The position numbers and the translations under genes are program-made. A stretch of 43,747 bases of DNA from assembly GCA_003251175.1 (NCBI GenBank), contig QKHC01000055.1, positions 1 to 43,747 of the forward strand, read 5' to 3'. The DNA comes from Gemmatimonadota bacterium. Lineage in GTDB: Bacteria > Gemmatimonadota > Gemmatimonadetes > Gemmatimonadales > GWC2-71-9. The notes beneath the pieces are model-generated. The model was not told the DNA's origin and searched no databases. It saw only the letters and a list, made by a program, of their open reading frames with translations. This document shows, one piece after another, positions 30,486 through 42,911 of this stretch; the first letter of the stretch is position 1, and every line of letters begins with the position of its first letter.

Positions 30486-30838
30486 ACGATCAGCCGTTTG
30501 GCGACGGACCCGACACCGCGCTCGGCGCCGCGTTGCGGCGCGCCCTCGATGCGGGAGATGAGCGGCTGTTCGTAACCCGGGTCCTTGCAGCCCTCGATAT
30601 GGCGCGGCCCCGTGCGTGGGACGTGTTGGCGCACTGGGCGCGACACGGTCTACTGGGCGCCGCCGCGGCCGCGCTGATCGTGGGGTTGCTGCTGGCACGA
30701 GCGGGGCGTCGGGAGTCCCGCGATCGGCTCGACGAGGCATTCGCGGCAGCGGTGGCTGCGGGCGGCGCACCCGCCGAGCTCGCCTCCGGAGCGCCGCCTG
30801 ATCCCAGTATCGTCCTCGCGACGCTCGAAGAGCGCTGA
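30482..30838 (+). CDS. Putative membrane anti-sigma factor / hypothetical single-TM protein
   Basis: GTGA overlap with the ECF gene; AAGGAGG SD; single TM GLLGAAAAALIVGLLLA. Confidence 0.65.
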   Translation: MNDQPFGDGPDTALGAALRRALDAGDERLFVTRVLAALDMARPRAWDVLAHWARHGLLGAAAAALIVGLLLARAGRRESRDRLDEAFAAAVAAGGAPAELASGAPPDPSIVLATLEER

Positions 30839-30860
30839 TCATCTCTGCTGAGGAACCACG

Positions 30861-31262
30861 ATGTTCAATCGATCGAAGTTGTGGGCGGTGGCACTGCTCG
30901 CTGCGGTGTTCGGGACCGGGGTGCTGTCCGGATGGGCGATCCAGGCATGGGCCGAGCCGGGCCGGCAGCGGGAACGCGGCCGCGGCACCGAAGCGATGGT
31001 CACCTACCTGACGGGCGAGCTGGATCTCACGGCTGCGCAGCAGGACTCGGTGCGCGCCGTGCTGGTGCGCCATCGTCCCGCGATGCGCGCGCTGTGGGAA
31101 TCGGTGCGACCCCACATGGATTCGCTGCGGCAGGCGCTGCGCGACGGGATCAGTGCCCAGCTCACTCCCCCGCAGGCCGCTCGCTACCGCGAACTGATCG
31201 CGGCGCAGGAGCACCGGCATCGGACCGACTCGGCAAACACGACCACGGGAGACCGCAAGTGA
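30861..31262 (+). CDS. Periplasmic LTxxQ-motif protein (Spy/CpxP/ZraP-like)
   Basis: N-terminal TM/signal; LDLTAAQ and LTPPQ motifs; helical composition. Confidence 0.75.
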   Translation: MFNRSKLWAVALLAAVFGTGVLSGWAIQAWAEPGRQRERGRGTEAMVTYLTGELDLTAAQQDSVRAVLVRHRPAMRALWESVRPHMDSLRQALRDGISAQLTPPQAARYRELIAAQEHRHRTDSANTTTGDRK

Positions 31263-32545
31263 CCAGAACTTGGAGCGTGGCCCTGCTGGCCGTGCTCGTG
31301 GCACCCGCCACGGCGCAGGTGCCCGAGGTGACGCTCGACGAGGCCGTGCGCCGCGCGCTGCAGGTGCAGCCGGCGATGGTGCAGGCCCGAGGCGATCAAC
31401 GCACGGCGGGAGCGGCGCTGCGGGCCAACACGGGCTCCTTCCTGCCCTCAATCTCGACCGGCGGCTCGTCGACCCGCTCCGGCGGAAGCCGCTATATCTC
31501 CGATGCCAACGCCGTCGTCGAGACTCCGGCCCAGACGGGTGTCTCGGGGAGCCTCGGGGCCAGCCTGGAGGTGTTCGACGGGTTCCGGCGGCTGGCGGAC
31601 CGGCGCGCCGCGTCGGCTTCGCTGGCAGCCGCTGATGCCGGGATCGTGAATCAGCGGTTTCAGATCGTGCTGCAGACGAAGCAGGCGTTCTACAGCGCGC
31701 TCGCGACCGAGGCCCTCGTGCGTGTCGCGGAGGCGCAGCTGCGCCGCGCGGAGCAGCAGCTCCAGATTGCCGTTGACAAACTGCGAGCCGGCAGTGCCAC
31801 GCGCTCCGATTCGCTGCGTTCGGAGGTCGAGTACGGTAACGCCCGACTGGCGCTGCTGCGGGCGGAAGCGAGCCTCGCCACAGCGCGAGCTAACCTCGGC
31901 CGCCAGATCGGCGTTGATCGCGAGGTGCGCGCTGCCGCCGGTGACACTCTGCTGCCGCAGCTCCCGGACACCGCGGCGATCAGGACCGAGGCCATCCCGG
32001 AGACGCCTGCCGTGCGGCAGGCCGACGAGCAGGCGCGTGCCGCGCGCGCGCAGGTCTCGGTCGCCCGGGCCTCGTACTGGCCGACCTTTAATATCTCCGC
32101 CTCGAGGGGATACTCCGGCAGCGAGCCGCCGTGGGTGTCAACCGAGACCTTCGGCGACAACTGGCAGTGGCGCTTCTCGCTCAACTGGACGCTGTTTAAC
32201 GGCTTCCAGCGGGAGCGCCAGGTGACGAACGCGACCGTCGGGCGCGACGTGGCGGAGGCCCGCGCGCAGGACGCGCGTCGCCAGGCGAGCGCGCAGCTGA
32301 TCCAGCAGCTGGCGGCGCTGGTCAACTCGTACGCCGCGATCGACATCGCCCGATCGAACCTCGCCGCGGCGACCGAGGACCTGCGGGTCCAGCAGGAACG
32401 GTATCGAGTAGGGGCGTCGACGATCCTCGACCTGCTCGTGTCACAGGCCGCGCTCACCGATGCCGAGGTGAATCGCATCCAGACCCTGTACGACTACGTG
32501 CTGGCGCGCGCTCAGCTCGAAGCCCTGCTCGGGAGAGACCTATGA
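31259..32545 (+). CDS. TolC-family outer membrane efflux protein
   Basis: GTGA start with signal peptide; [31 protein letters not shown] and [14 protein letters not shown] motifs. Confidence 0.92.
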   Translation: MTRTWSVALLAVLVAPATAQVPEVTLDEAVRRALQVQPAMVQARGDQRTAGAALRANTGSFLPSISTGGSSTRSGGSRYISDANAVVETPAQTGVSGSLGASLEVFDGFRRLADRRAASASLAAADAGIVNQRFQIVLQTKQAFYSALATEALVRVAEAQLRRAEQQLQIAVDKLRAGSATRSDSLRSEVEYGNARLALLRAEASLATARANLGRQIGVDREVRAAAGDTLLPQLPDTAAIRTEAIPETPAVRQADEQARAARAQVSVARASYWPTFNISASRGYSGSEPPWVSTETFGDNWQWRFSLNWTLFNGFQRERQVTNATVGRDVAEARAQDARRQASAQLIQQLAALVNSYAAIDIARSNLAAATEDLRVQQERYRVGASTILDLLVSQAALTDAEVNRIQTLYDYVLARAQLEALLGRDL

Positions 32546-33276
32546 CCGCCGCGCCCGCGATGCAGTTTCGCACCGGCGACACGCCGCTGCCGGACATCGT
32601 GATTCTCACCTACAAGCTCGCCCGCAACTACGACATGGGCTCGGAGGTGGTGCACGCGCTGCGCGGGGTGGACATCCAGATCCGGCGCAACGAGTTCGTC
32701 GCCATCATGGGACCGTCGGGATCGGGAAAGTCCACGCTGATGAATCTGATCGGCTGTCTCGACACGCCGACGGGCGGGGAGTACTGGCTCAACGGCCAGA
32801 AGGTCTCCGAGCTGGGCGACGACGACCTCGCGCACATCCGCAACAAGGAAATCGGGTTTGTGTTCCAGACGTTCAACCTGCTTCCGCGCGCCACCGCCCT
32901 GCACAACGTCGAGCTCCCGCTGATCTATGCGGGACTGACCGCGCGGCAGCGGCGCGAGCAGGCCGAGGTCGCGCTCGATCGGGTCGGACTGTCCGATCGG
33001 ATGACGCACAAGCCCAACGAGCTGTCCGGCGGGCAGCGCCAGCGCGTGGCGATCGCCCGCGCTCTCGTGAACCATCCCAGCATCCTGCTCGCCGATGAGC
33101 CCACGGGGAACCTCGACTCGGCCACAGGCAATGACATCATGCGGCTGTTCGAGGAGCTGCACCTCGCCGGCCAGACCATTCTGCTGGTCACCCATGAACA
33201 CGACATCGCGGTGCACGCGCGCCGCGCTATCCACCTGCTCGACGGCAGAATCGAGCGCGATGAGAGGACCCGCTGA
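32542..33276 (+). CDS. ABC transporter ATP-binding protein (MacB/LolD-like)
   Basis: Walker [39 protein letters not shown] and VTH motifs. Confidence 0.95.
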   Translation: MTAAPAMQFRTGDTPLPDIVILTYKLARNYDMGSEVVHALRGVDIQIRRNEFVAIMGPSGSGKSTLMNLIGCLDTPTGGEYWLNGQKVSELGDDDLAHIRNKEIGFVFQTFNLLPRATALHNVELPLIYAGLTARQRREQAEVALDRVGLSDRMTHKPNELSGGQRQRVAIARALVNHPSILLADEPTGNLDSATGNDIMRLFEELHLAGQTILLVTHEHDIAVHARRAIHLLDGRIERDERTR

Positions 33277-33277
33277 C

Positions 33278-34798
33278 GTGAACCGTAATCTCTACGCGGC
33301 TGCTGCGGCGCTGCTGGGACTGGCCGCCTGCAGGAAGGAGCAGCCAGCGCCTCTCTACGAGGCAGTCGCGGTGACCCGCCGCGACCTGATCGTGTCCGCC
33401 GCCGCCTCCGGCGCCATCGAGCCGGTGCTCACGGTGGACGTGAAGTCCAAAGCGTCAGGGGAGATCATCGCAATGCTGGTGGAAACCGGCGACGACGTCC
33501 GGCAGGGGCAGCTGCTCGCGACGATTGATCCCCGGGTGCCGCGCAACAACCTCGCTCAGGCCGAGGCGAACCTCGTCGTGGCTCGTGCGCAGCTCACGAA
33601 CGCGAAGGCGGCCCTCGACCGGGCCGACACGCTGTACAAGACGCAGTCGATCACCGAGGCGGAATACGAGTCCGCGAAGCTGGGGTACGCCAACGCCAAT
33701 GCGCAGGTGGTGCGGGCGCAGACCGATCTGGAGAACGCGCGCGACCGCATGGCGGACACGCGCATTCGCGCGCCCCTCAACGGCACGATCATCGCCAAGA
33801 ACGTGGAGCTGGGTACGGTGATCTCCTCGCCGACACAGGACGTCGGGGGCGGAACGCTGCTGTTCCGGATGGCCAACCTCGATACGGTCCAGATTCGCAC
33901 CCTCGTCGACGAGACCGACATCGGAAAGATCCAGCCAGGGCTCGAAGCCACGATCGTGGTGGACGCGTATCCCAACCGACCGTTTCGCGGCAATGTCCTC
34001 AAGATCGAGCCGCAGGCCACGGTGCAGCAGAACGTCACCATGTTTCCGGTCCTGGTGCGCATCGCCAACCCCGATCACCTGTTGAAGCCCGGGATGAACA
34101 CCGAGGTCGAAATTCACGTCGGTGATCGGCGCGATGTCCTCGCGATCCCCTACTCCGCGCTCCGCACGCAGCGCGACCTGGCATCGGCCGCGGCGGTGCT
34201 GGGGCTCGAGCCCCAGACCGTGCAGGAGCAGCTCGCCGCGGCACGCACGCCGCCGGGCAGCGACAGCGGCTCCGCATCGCTCGGAGGGCGCGGCGCGGCG
34301 CCTGCTCCCGCCGGCACTGCTCCTGCGGGCTCCGGCGCCGACTCGCTCACCCTGCCCGATGGACGGAGGCTGGCGCTGCCCTCGGGCGTGACGGCCGACC
34401 AGGCACGCGACCTGATGCGCAAGCGCTTCTCGGGCCAGCAGCTCTCGAGTGACGAAGAAGCGGTCTGGCAGCGGTTGCGCGCGCAGTTCGCGCGGGCGGG
34501 CGGTGGCCGACCCGGTGGCGGCGCGGCGCGCAACGCGGGCGGCCCGGGGAACTACGTGGTGTTCGCGCTCCGGGACGGGAAGCCTACGGCGGTGCCGGTC
34601 CGGACGGGACTGACCGATCTCGACTACATCGAAGTGCTGAGCGGGCTGACGGAGGAGGACACCGTACTGGTGCTGCCGAGCTCGTCCCTGCTGACGAGCC
34701 AGGCGGAGTTTCGTGAACGCTTCCAACGCTTCACGGGTGGCGGCCTGCCGGGCCTTCAACAGCAGGGCGGCCAGCGCACCCAGACCCAGTCGAGGTGA
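33278..34798 (+). CDS. MacA/YknX-like periplasmic adaptor lipoprotein
   Basis: GTG 33278 with lipobox LAAC; VKSKASGEI, IRAPLNGTI, VDETDIGKI, LKPGM and VRTGLTD motifs. Confidence 0.9.
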   Translation: MNRNLYAAAAALLGLAACRKEQPAPLYEAVAVTRRDLIVSAAASGAIEPVLTVDVKSKASGEIIAMLVETGDDVRQGQLLATIDPRVPRNNLAQAEANLVVARAQLTNAKAALDRADTLYKTQSITEAEYESAKLGYANANAQVVRAQTDLENARDRMADTRIRAPLNGTIIAKNVELGTVISSPTQDVGGGTLLFRMANLDTVQIRTLVDETDIGKIQPGLEATIVVDAYPNRPFRGNVLKIEPQATVQQNVTMFPVLVRIANPDHLLKPGMNTEVEIHVGDRRDVLAIPYSALRTQRDLASAAAVLGLEPQTVQEQLAAARTPPGSDSGSASLGGRGAAPAPAGTAPAGSGADSLTLPDGRRLALPSGVTADQARDLMRKRFSGQQLSSDEEAVWQRLRAQFARAGGGRPGGGAARNAGGPGNYVVFALRDGKPTAVPVRTGLTDLDYIEVLSGLTEEDTVLVLPSSSLLTSQAEFRERFQRFTGGGLPGLQQQGGQRTQTQSR

Positions 34799-34801
34799 GG
34801 G

Positions 34802-36016
<1,215 letters not shown>

Positions 36017-36031
36017 ACCCGACCGACCAGG

Positions 36032-36080
36032 GGGAAGGGAGAGGCGCACTCCGCACCAGGGCGGGTCCCTCTCCCTTCTC
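36032..36080 (+). terminator. Long hairpin after the ABC permease (putative terminator or RNA-stability element)
   Basis: GGGAAGGGAGAGG (36032-36044) pairs with CCTCTCCCTTCTC (36068-36080), plus an inner CCGC/GCGG stem; no U-tract. Confidence 0.5.
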
Positions 36081-36109
36081 GCTGCTCCCTGCTTAGGTTT
36101 CCCCGCCTG

Positions 36110-38452
36110 ATGCTGGCGCTCCTCCTGCTCGCCATCCAACTCCCAGACTCCGGCGCCGTCTACCACGGCCGCAGTGGCGAGCTCGACGTCCGCGCCCCCC
36201 GCAGCGACGCCGCCCCCACCGTGGACGGCTCGCTCGACGAACCAGTCTGGAGCCGCGCCGCGCTGCTCACCGGCTTCTCACAGTACCGGCCCGTGGACGG
36301 TCGTCCAGCCGAGGACTCAACCGAGGTACGGGTGTGGTACGGGCCGGACGCCATCTGGTTCGGCATCCGCGCCTTCGAAGCGCACGGGGATCAGATCCGC
36401 GCCACCCTCGCCGATCGTGACGCCATTGACGCGGACGATCAGGTCCAGATTCTCCTGGACACCTTCAATGACCGCCGCCGGGCGCTGATGTTCGCCGTCA
36501 ACCCGCTGGGCGTGCAGCAGGACGGCGTACGCAGCGAGGGACAGGACGCGTCCGCGGGCGGCGTGGGTGCTGGCTTTCGCTTCGACGGGATCGTGGATCG
36601 CAACCCCGACTTCGTGTTCACATCCGCCGGACGCGTGCTCGTCGACGGCTACGAGGTCGAAGTGCGCATCCCGTTCAAGAGCCTCCGGTACCAGGGAACG
36701 GACCCCCAGACCTGGGGGCTCCAGATCGTGCGCGTGACCCAGCATTCACGTTACGAAGACACGTGGACGCCCGTGCTGCGCGCGAACGCCAGCTTTCTCG
36801 TCCAGGCCGGACGGCTGCTGGACCTCACCGGCCTCCGCCGCGGCCTGGTGCTGGACGTGACACCGGAGTTCACCACCCGCGTGGACGGGCTCCCCGCCGC
36901 GACCGGCTATGACTACGCCACCACTCCGGCGCTCGGCGGGACGGCCCGCTGGGGCATCAGCCAGAATCTCACGCTGGGCGCGACCGCCAACCCCGACTTC
37001 TCCCAGGTCGAGGCGGACGTGGGCCAGGTGACGCTCAACGAGCGATTCGAGCTCTTCTATCCCGAGAAGCGCCCGTTCTTTCTCGAGGGTCTCGAGCAGT
37101 ACGACTCGCCGAGTCAGCTGATCTACACGCGTCGCATCGTCGATCCAGTCGTCGGGGCGAAGCTCACCGGCAAGATCGGCGCGACAGGCGTCGGTTATCT
37201 GCTCGCCGCAGACGACCGTGAGCGATCCGCGTCAGGTGATACGCCGCTGTTCAACCTGCTCCGGGTGCGCCGGGATCTTGGCACCAGCTCGACGATCGGT
37301 CTCCTGTACACAGACCGCATCGATGGGTCAGCCTACAATCGCGTGGCCGGCGCCGACGTCCGGCTCGTATGGCGCAAGATCTGGTTCTCGGACGCCCAAG
37401 TCGCCGCTTCCTGGACCAGCGACGGAGCTGGATCGCGGCGCGGAGTGCTGTGGAGCACGACGCTCTACGACCGCACCGGCCGGTCGTATGGCAATCACTT
37501 CGAGATCGGTGGAACTCATCCCGACTTCGAGGCCGAGGCGGGGTTCGTGAACCGAACCGATGTGGTCCATGCCGCCATCTTCAATCGCTTCTCCTTTTAT
37601 GGGGAGCCCGGTGCGCTGATCGAACAGGCCTCGACATTCATTAGCATCCAGCCGCTGTGGCGGTATGACGATCTGTTCCCTGATGCCGACCCGACACGCG
37701 GACCGGACACTCCGTCCTTCTCGACCATCGAGGGAGCCGTCGCCGACAACTGGACGTTAGCCCTGCGCGGCGGCTGGGAGGTGGGGGCCGGAGTCAACCT
37801 CGCCCACCAGCGTTTCCTGCCGGAGGAATACGACGGGTACCAGGTGGACAGCGCCGGGACGGCTCGACCCTTCGCGGTTCCGCATGGACTGTACGGTCTG
37901 TGGAGCGCGCGGGCGAGCCTCAACACACCGAACCGCGCCCTCACTGTCAGCGCGAGCGTTGCGGTCGGACAGACGCCGATCTTCGCCGAGGCAGCCGAGG
38001 GGCGGGGCATTGACGGCCTGGTGACTGCCACCTGGAAGCCGACGGCGGCCATCCGGATCGAGGGACGCTGGACACATCGCCGACTCGTACGAGCAGCCGA
38101 TGCGAGCTGGTTCTCCACGGCGAACATCCCGCGACTCAAACTGGAGTACCAGCTGACGCGCGACATCTTCGTACGCTACGTCGGCCAGTACGTGGCACAG
38201 GAGCAGGCCGCGCTGCGCGACCCGGTCACGGGAAGCGGCCTGATCCTGCCGGGAGACTCCGTGGTCGCCGCACCCCGCACAGACGCCGATTTCCGGAACG
38301 ACGTGCTGTTCAGCTACAAGCCCACGCCGGGTACGGTGGTCTTCGTCGGGTACGGGGCCTCGCTGGTGGATCAGCAACCGTTCGCGTTCCGGGACCTCGA
38401 GCGCAGGGCGGACGGCTTCTTTTTCAAATTGAGCTATCAGTTCCGCTTGTGA
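36110..38452 (+). CDS. CBM9-like / DUF5916 outer-membrane protein
   Basis: Signal peptide; [58 protein letters not shown] and YTRRIVDP motifs; beta-signal-like end [11 protein letters not shown]. Confidence 0.88.
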   Translation: MLALLLLAIQLPDSGAVYHGRSGELDVRAPRSDAAPTVDGSLDEPVWSRAALLTGFSQYRPVDGRPAEDSTEVRVWYGPDAIWFGIRAFEAHGDQIRATLADRDAIDADDQVQILLDTFNDRRRALMFAVNPLGVQQDGVRSEGQDASAGGVGAGFRFDGIVDRNPDFVFTSAGRVLVDGYEVEVRIPFKSLRYQGTDPQTWGLQIVRVTQHSRYEDTWTPVLRANASFLVQAGRLLDLTGLRRGLVLDVTPEFTTRVDGLPAATGYDYATTPALGGTARWGISQNLTLGATANPDFSQVEADVGQVTLNERFELFYPEKRPFFLEGLEQYDSPSQLIYTRRIVDPVVGAKLTGKIGATGVGYLLAADDRERSASGDTPLFNLLRVRRDLGTSSTIGLLYTDRIDGSAYNRVAGADVRLVWRKIWFSDAQVAASWTSDGAGSRRGVLWSTTLYDRTGRSYGNHFEIGGTHPDFEAEAGFVNRTDVVHAAIFNRFSFYGEPGALIEQASTFISIQPLWRYDDLFPDADPTRGPDTPSFSTIEGAVADNWTLALRGGWEVGAGVNLAHQRFLPEEYDGYQVDSAGTARPFAVPHGLYGLWSARASLNTPNRALTVSASVAVGQTPIFAEAAEGRGIDGLVTATWKPTAAIRIEGRWTHRRLVRAADASWFSTANIPRLKLEYQLTRDIFVRYVGQYVAQEQAALRDPVTGSGLILPGDSVVAAPRTDADFRNDVLFSYKPTPGTVVFVGYGASLVDQQPFAFRDLERRADGFFFKLSYQFRL

Positions 38453-40074
38453 TCTTCGATACCGACGTCGCGGCGCAGCTCGCCGACGAGCGCGCGGCGA
38501 AACGCAGACAGTATGTGCTGGGGAGCACGCGGGCCCGGTGGGGACTGATCGTCGTGGGAATGGTACTGCTCGTGTCCGTGCGCCTCGTTGGGATCGTGCC
38601 CATTTCTTGGAGGTTCGTCGCGGTGGCGCTGTCGCTGTTCGCAGCGGCGAACTACGGAATGGCCCGCCTCGCGCGCGACGCCTATCGGCCCTGGTACCCG
38701 GCCCTCAATCTTGCGCTCGGCGCGGCGGTCCTCTCGGCCATCCTGTTCGGCCTGGGGCCGACCGGCCACGTGCTTGCGGCCACCTACCTGATCGCCCCGG
38801 TCCAGGCGACGCTGTACCTCGGTCGACGAGATGCCTGGGGCGCTCTGGGCCTCAACCTTGCGGGCTTCGCAGTGGTCACCCTGCTACGAATCGGCGGGGG
38901 CGGGTGGGCGTGGGGTCTCTTCATGCAGGAGTCGCTGGTTCTGCTCTTCGTCGCCGCCGCGGTGATTCCGCTCCTCGGGGACATGGTGGCGCGGCTGCGC
39001 GCGACGCGGGCCTCGCTCGCCAGGCTGGAGCGGGGGGACCTCACCATCCAGGCTGCGGATCCTGAGCTGGACGAGATCGGCTATCTCGGTGTGAGTGTCG
39101 CCCGCACGGCGGCCGGGATCGCCGAGATCGTCCACGCCGTGCAAGCGCAGGCCCAGGACCTCGCCGCCATGGCGCAACAGCTCGCCGCATCGGCACAGCA
39201 GCTCCAGGCGTCGGCGCAGGAGGTTGCCGCTCACGCCCAGGAACTGGCCGCGGGCACGCAGCGGCAACGCGACCTGATCACGTCCGGTCGCGCCGAGACG
39301 TCCGCGAATGAGACCATCGCCGCATCGCTGCACTCGTCCGCGCGCGAGGCCGAGCGGGACATCGGTGAGATGGCGCGCCAGGCCGGCGAGCACAGCGATT
39401 CCATCACACGCGCCAACTCCCTGCTGGTCACGGTCGTGGGGCACCTCGATCGCGTGGCGACCGCGGTGACGACGCTGGAGCGCGGCGCGCGCGAGATCGG
39501 CAAGCTCGTGGATGGGATCACGCGCATCGCGAGCCAGACCGACTTGCTCGCACTCAATGCTGCCATCGAAGCCGCCCGCGCCGGCGAGCGCGGGCTGGGC
39601 TTCAAGGTCGTGGCCACGGAGGTACGCCGTCTGGCCGAGCAGGCCGCGCGCGCGGCCGACGAGGTACGGGCGCGCACCGCCGCCACGGCGTCGAGCATCG
39701 GCGCCGTCCTGCACGCCATGCAGGAAGGACGTCAGGCGGCGACCACCGTCGAATCCGCTTCCACGACGGTGGCGGCGGCACTCGACGGCATCCGGCAGCA
39801 TCTGGACACGATTCTCGCGTTCGCCACCGCGTTTGCGGCCGCCACGGACGCCCAGGCCCGCCGCACGCGCGAGGTGGACGCCCGACTGGGCCAGGCCGCC
39901 GAGATCGCCGCTGTCGCGGCGACGACCGCCGGCCAGACGTCGGCGGCGGTGGAGCAACAGATCGCATCACTCACAGAGCTGACGACCACGTCACAGCATC
40001 TCTCCGAGGCTGCGGCGAGGCTGTCGGATGCCATGCGGCGGTTCCAGCTCCCGGACGCCCGCCCCGCCAGCTAG
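38449..40074 (+). CDS. Methyl-accepting chemotaxis protein (about 6-TM input domain, HAMP, signalling domain)
   Basis: HAMP GDLT..DEIGYLG; hairpin tip [38 protein letters not shown]. Confidence 0.92.
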   Translation: MIFDTDVAAQLADERAAKRRQYVLGSTRARWGLIVVGMVLLVSVRLVGIVPISWRFVAVALSLFAAANYGMARLARDAYRPWYPALNLALGAAVLSAILFGLGPTGHVLAATYLIAPVQATLYLGRRDAWGALGLNLAGFAVVTLLRIGGGGWAWGLFMQESLVLLFVAAAVIPLLGDMVARLRATRASLARLERGDLTIQAADPELDEIGYLGVSVARTAAGIAEIVHAVQAQAQDLAAMAQQLAASAQQLQASAQEVAAHAQELAAGTQRQRDLITSGRAETSANETIAASLHSSAREAERDIGEMARQAGEHSDSITRANSLLVTVVGHLDRVATAVTTLERGAREIGKLVDGITRIASQTDLLALNAAIEAARAGERGLGFKVVATEVRRLAEQAARAADEVRARTAATASSIGAVLHAMQEGRQAATTVESASTTVAAALDGIRQHLDTILAFATAFAAATDAQARRTREVDARLGQAAEIAAVAATTAGQTSAAVEQQIASLTELTTTSQHLSEAAARLSDAMRRFQLPDARPAS

Positions 40075-41243
40075 TACAGTCGCGCGTTTCCGAGAACCGC
40101 GGCGCCACTGCCCTGGGTGGTCGCCACCAGCAACAGCCGCGCGGCTCGCAGCGGCACGACCACGCGCTGCGGGGGACTTCCGGGCTCGACGGTGACGAGC
40201 GCGAGGGGCTGCCCATCCGCCGCGATGCGCACGATCGCAGCCTGCCTCGCACCGCGTGCCAAGCCGATATCGACCGACAACAGGTTGCGACCCGCTGGGA
40301 CGGCGTACTGCACCGATGCGCCGGCCCCCGCGAGCACCACGCCCCACAGGTATCCGGTACCGCCGCCACGTCCATCCACCCACACGGGACTGTCACCGGA
40401 CTCGATCCGCACCGATCGTGCGCCCATCGCGGCAACGGGAGCCGCGCGACTGAGCAGCACGACATCGACGGCGGTGTCGCGCCGGAACGAAGGGAGACTC
40501 CGCAAGTGGGTCACCTCGTAGTCGAGCAGTCGCTCGCGGCCGTATTCCCAATGGCACTGCATGATGGTGTAGGCCGTCGAGTCGGCGCAGCGAAAGCCGG
40601 CGTGGAACGCGTCCGGGTGCGGCAACCCCCAGGTGTGACCGAGTTCGTGCGCGACGGTCCCGCGATAGGTCGAACCCGAGCACCACCACGCCGTTCCGCC
40701 ACCCCGCCCGCGCTCACCGGCTCCTGCCACGGCCACTTCCGGGCACACGCCCGCCAGAACCCCGCCCGCACTCGAGTCACCGATGAGGGCGAGTCCTCCC
40801 CAGCGTCCCTTGTCCACCAGTCCCGCCGCGGCGATCGAGTCGATCCCCCCGTTCTCCGAATCGGCCCCCGCCCAGGCCCCCGCTCCGTGCACCAGCAACA
40901 GGAGCTTGATGGTCGAGTGCCGATTCCACGACAGGCCATAGTCGGCGAACTCACGCTGCAGCTTCGGCCACCACGCTTGGAAGCTGTCGGCCGCCAGTTC
41001 CGCGAATGGGTGACGGCTGATCTGCACAACCAGCGGCTCGGTGGTGAACGTCCATCCCCCGGTCGCGCCGGCATACCAGGTGCGCACGTCATCGAGAACG
41101 CGCGCGTGGTAGCGGAGGTGCTCTAGCGGCACCGCGTAGTCGGCCGGGATCACATAGACCGGGACCACGCGCGGCGGCTCCTGCGCCGCACCAGGACTCG
41201 TCAGGAAACTGAGGACCAGCGTCGACGTGAGTGGACGGGCCAC
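40071..41243 (-). CDS. Secreted metzincin-type zinc metalloprotease with C-terminal NPCBM/NEW2-like domain
   Basis: [11 protein letters not shown] (HExxHxxGxxH); Met-turn candidate TIMQ; signal-like N-terminus from GTG 41243; C-terminus ..VDIGL..ADGQPL..LGNARLY. Confidence 0.8.
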   Translation of the reverse strand: MARPLTSTLVLSFLTSPGAAQEPPRVVPVYVIPADYAVPLEHLRYHARVLDDVRTWYAGATGGWTFTTEPLVVQISRHPFAELAADSFQAWWPKLQREFADYGLSWNRHSTIKLLLLVHGAGAWAGADSENGGIDSIAAAGLVDKGRWGGLALIGDSSAGGVLAGVCPEVAVAGAGERGRGGGTAWWCSGSTYRGTVAHELGHTWGLPHPDAFHAGFRCADSTAYTIMQCHWEYGRERLLDYEVTHLRSLPSFRRDTAVDVVLLSRAAPVAAMGARSVRIESGDSPVWVDGRGGGTGYLWGVVLAGAGASVQYAVPAGRNLLSVDIGLARGARQAAIVRIAADGQPLALVTVEPGSPPQRVVVPLRAARLLLVATTQGSGAAVLGNARLY

Positions 41244-41250
41244 AGCGAAG

Positions 41251-41256
41251 AGAGTA
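41251..41256 (-). promoter_or_regulatory. Putative -10 element TACTCT (leaderless start at GTG 41243)
   Basis: TANNNT on the minus strand, 7 nt upstream of the start; no SD. Confidence 0.42.
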
Positions 41257-41312
41257 TCCTTCGCCGGGCCACCCCGCCACCACGCGCGCTCGTTGCTGCC
41301 GGGAATCCCGCC

Positions 41313-42911
41313 ATGCCCGAACATTCCGCCACAACCCTGACCAAAGCCACTGGCGCCGCTGCAGCCGATTCCCGCCCTGTGGTGCGCGCCACCCGACCCC
41401 ACGTCCGCGTCGTGCGCCGCCTCCGCATGGTGTGCACCATGGCCATCGTCGTGAACCTGGTCGTCTGGCTGTCCGTCAACCTGATCCAGGGCACGCTCGC
41501 ATCAGAGTTCTCGTCCGTGCACCAGTGGGGACCCCCGGTCTCGGCGATCGTCACATCGCTGCTGCTGCTCGCAGTCACCTGGGATCCGCGACTCCCGCCG
41601 GCCACAATCGTGCGAGCTGGCCTGGTGTACGAAGTCGTGATCAGCTATGCGATCGTGGCGAGCGGGTACTATTCCGCCTGGATCGGCGTTCCGGCGGAGT
41701 GGATGACGGTTGACCGCGTCGGGCTGACGTGGGTGGTGCCCTGGGTGCTGTTCTTCACCGTGCTGGTGCAGGCACCGCCACGCGAGGCGCTGGTGGCGTT
41801 GATCGCCTCGGGAACCGCGCCAGCGGTGCTGTTCGGAATCGAGGTGGCCGCCGATCGCGCACCGATGCTCCCCGCGGGCGACTTCTTCATCCTGTTCGTC
41901 CTTCCGTACGGTGTCGTCATCACGATCACCTATGCTGCTGCCCGTATTGTGCATCAGCTCGGTGTGGACGCGCAGCGCGCGCGTGAGCTGGGCAGCTACC
42001 GCCTCGAGGCGAAGCTCGGGGAGGGCGGCATGGGCGAAGTCTGGCGCGCCAGCCATCACACGCTCGCCCGACCAGCGGCGATCAAGCTGATCCGCCCCTC
42101 CGCGCTGGGCAGCCAACCCGATGAGGCCCGCCTCGCCGCCGTGCGATTCGAGCGCGAGGCGCAGGCGATTGCCAGTCTGCAGTCCCGCCATACCGTGGAA
42201 CTGTACGATTTCGGAACCGCCGAGGACGGAACGCTCTACTACGTCATGGAGCTGCTGGACGGCGTGGATTTGGAGGCGCTCGTACGCCGCTACGGCCCGC
42301 TCCCGCCCGAGCGCGTGGTGCACATTCTGCACCAGGCGTGCGCTTCACTCGGTGAAGCGCATCGGCGCGGTGTGATTCACCGCGACATCAAACCCGCGAA
42401 CATCTACCTGTGTCGCGAAGCCTTCGAGCTCGACGTCGTGAAGATCCTCGACTTCGGGCTCGTGAAGCGCTTCGCACGCGCCGCCGAGCGCGACGGCGTC
42501 ATCCGCACGGGCACCGAGGTCATCGCGGGCACCCCGGCTTACATGGCTCCCGAAATCGCCATGGGCCATGACGACATCGACGGGCGCGCCGACCTCTACG
42601 GCCTCGGTTGTGTGGCCTACTGGTTGCTCACGGGTCAGCTGTTGTTCGACAGCGATTCCCCGGTCGCCGCCATCGCCGCCCATATCGAGCGCCATCCGGC
42701 TCCGCCGAGCGCCCGCTCCGAAACCCCGGTGCCGGCTGCCCTCGACGACGTCGTGATGGCCTGTCTCGAGAAGAACCCCGCCAGCCGCCCCGCCAGCGCC
42801 GACGTTCTGGCGCAGCAGCTCGCTGCGATCGCGTCGGTGGACAAGTGGACGCAGGATGCGGCGGCGCGCTGGTGGGAGGCGCACGGCGTGGCGGCTGACT
42901 CTTCATCGTGA
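41313..42911 (+). CDS. Ser/Thr protein kinase with N-terminal multi-TM domain
   Basis: About 5-6 hydrophobic segments, then LGEGGMGEVW, AAIK, HRDIKPANI, DFG, GTPAYMAPE and DLYGLG motifs. Confidence 0.93.
   Translation: MPEHSATTLTKATGAAAADSRPVVRATRPHVRVVRRLRMVCTMAIVVNLVVWLSVNLIQGTLASEFSSVHQWGPPVSAIVTSLLLLAVTWDPRLPPATIVRAGLVYEVVISYAIVASGYYSAWIGVPAEWMTVDRVGLTWVVPWVLFFTVLVQAPPREALVALIASGTAPAVLFGIEVAADRAPMLPAGDFFILFVLPYGVVITITYAAARIVHQLGVDAQRARELGSYRLEAKLGEGGMGEVWRASHHTLARPAAIKLIRPSALGSQPDEARLAAVRFEREAQAIASLQSRHTVELYDFGTAEDGTLYYVMELLDGVDLEALVRRYGPLPPERVVHILHQACASLGEAHRRGVIHRDIKPANIYLCREAFELDVVKILDFGLVKRFARAAERDGVIRTGTEVIAGTPAYMAPEIAMGHDDIDGRADLYGLGCVAYWLLTGQLLFDSDSPVAAIAAHIERHPAPPSARSETPVPAALDDVVMACLEKNPASRPASADVLAQQLAAIASVDKWTQDAAARWWEAHGVAADSSS

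Noticed and set aside
30881-31258. N-terminal extension of TolC (likewise 33095-33277 for the MFP and 25894-26049 for asnB)
   Set aside because: These overlap real upstream genes; signal peptide, lipobox and MCGI define the later starts.
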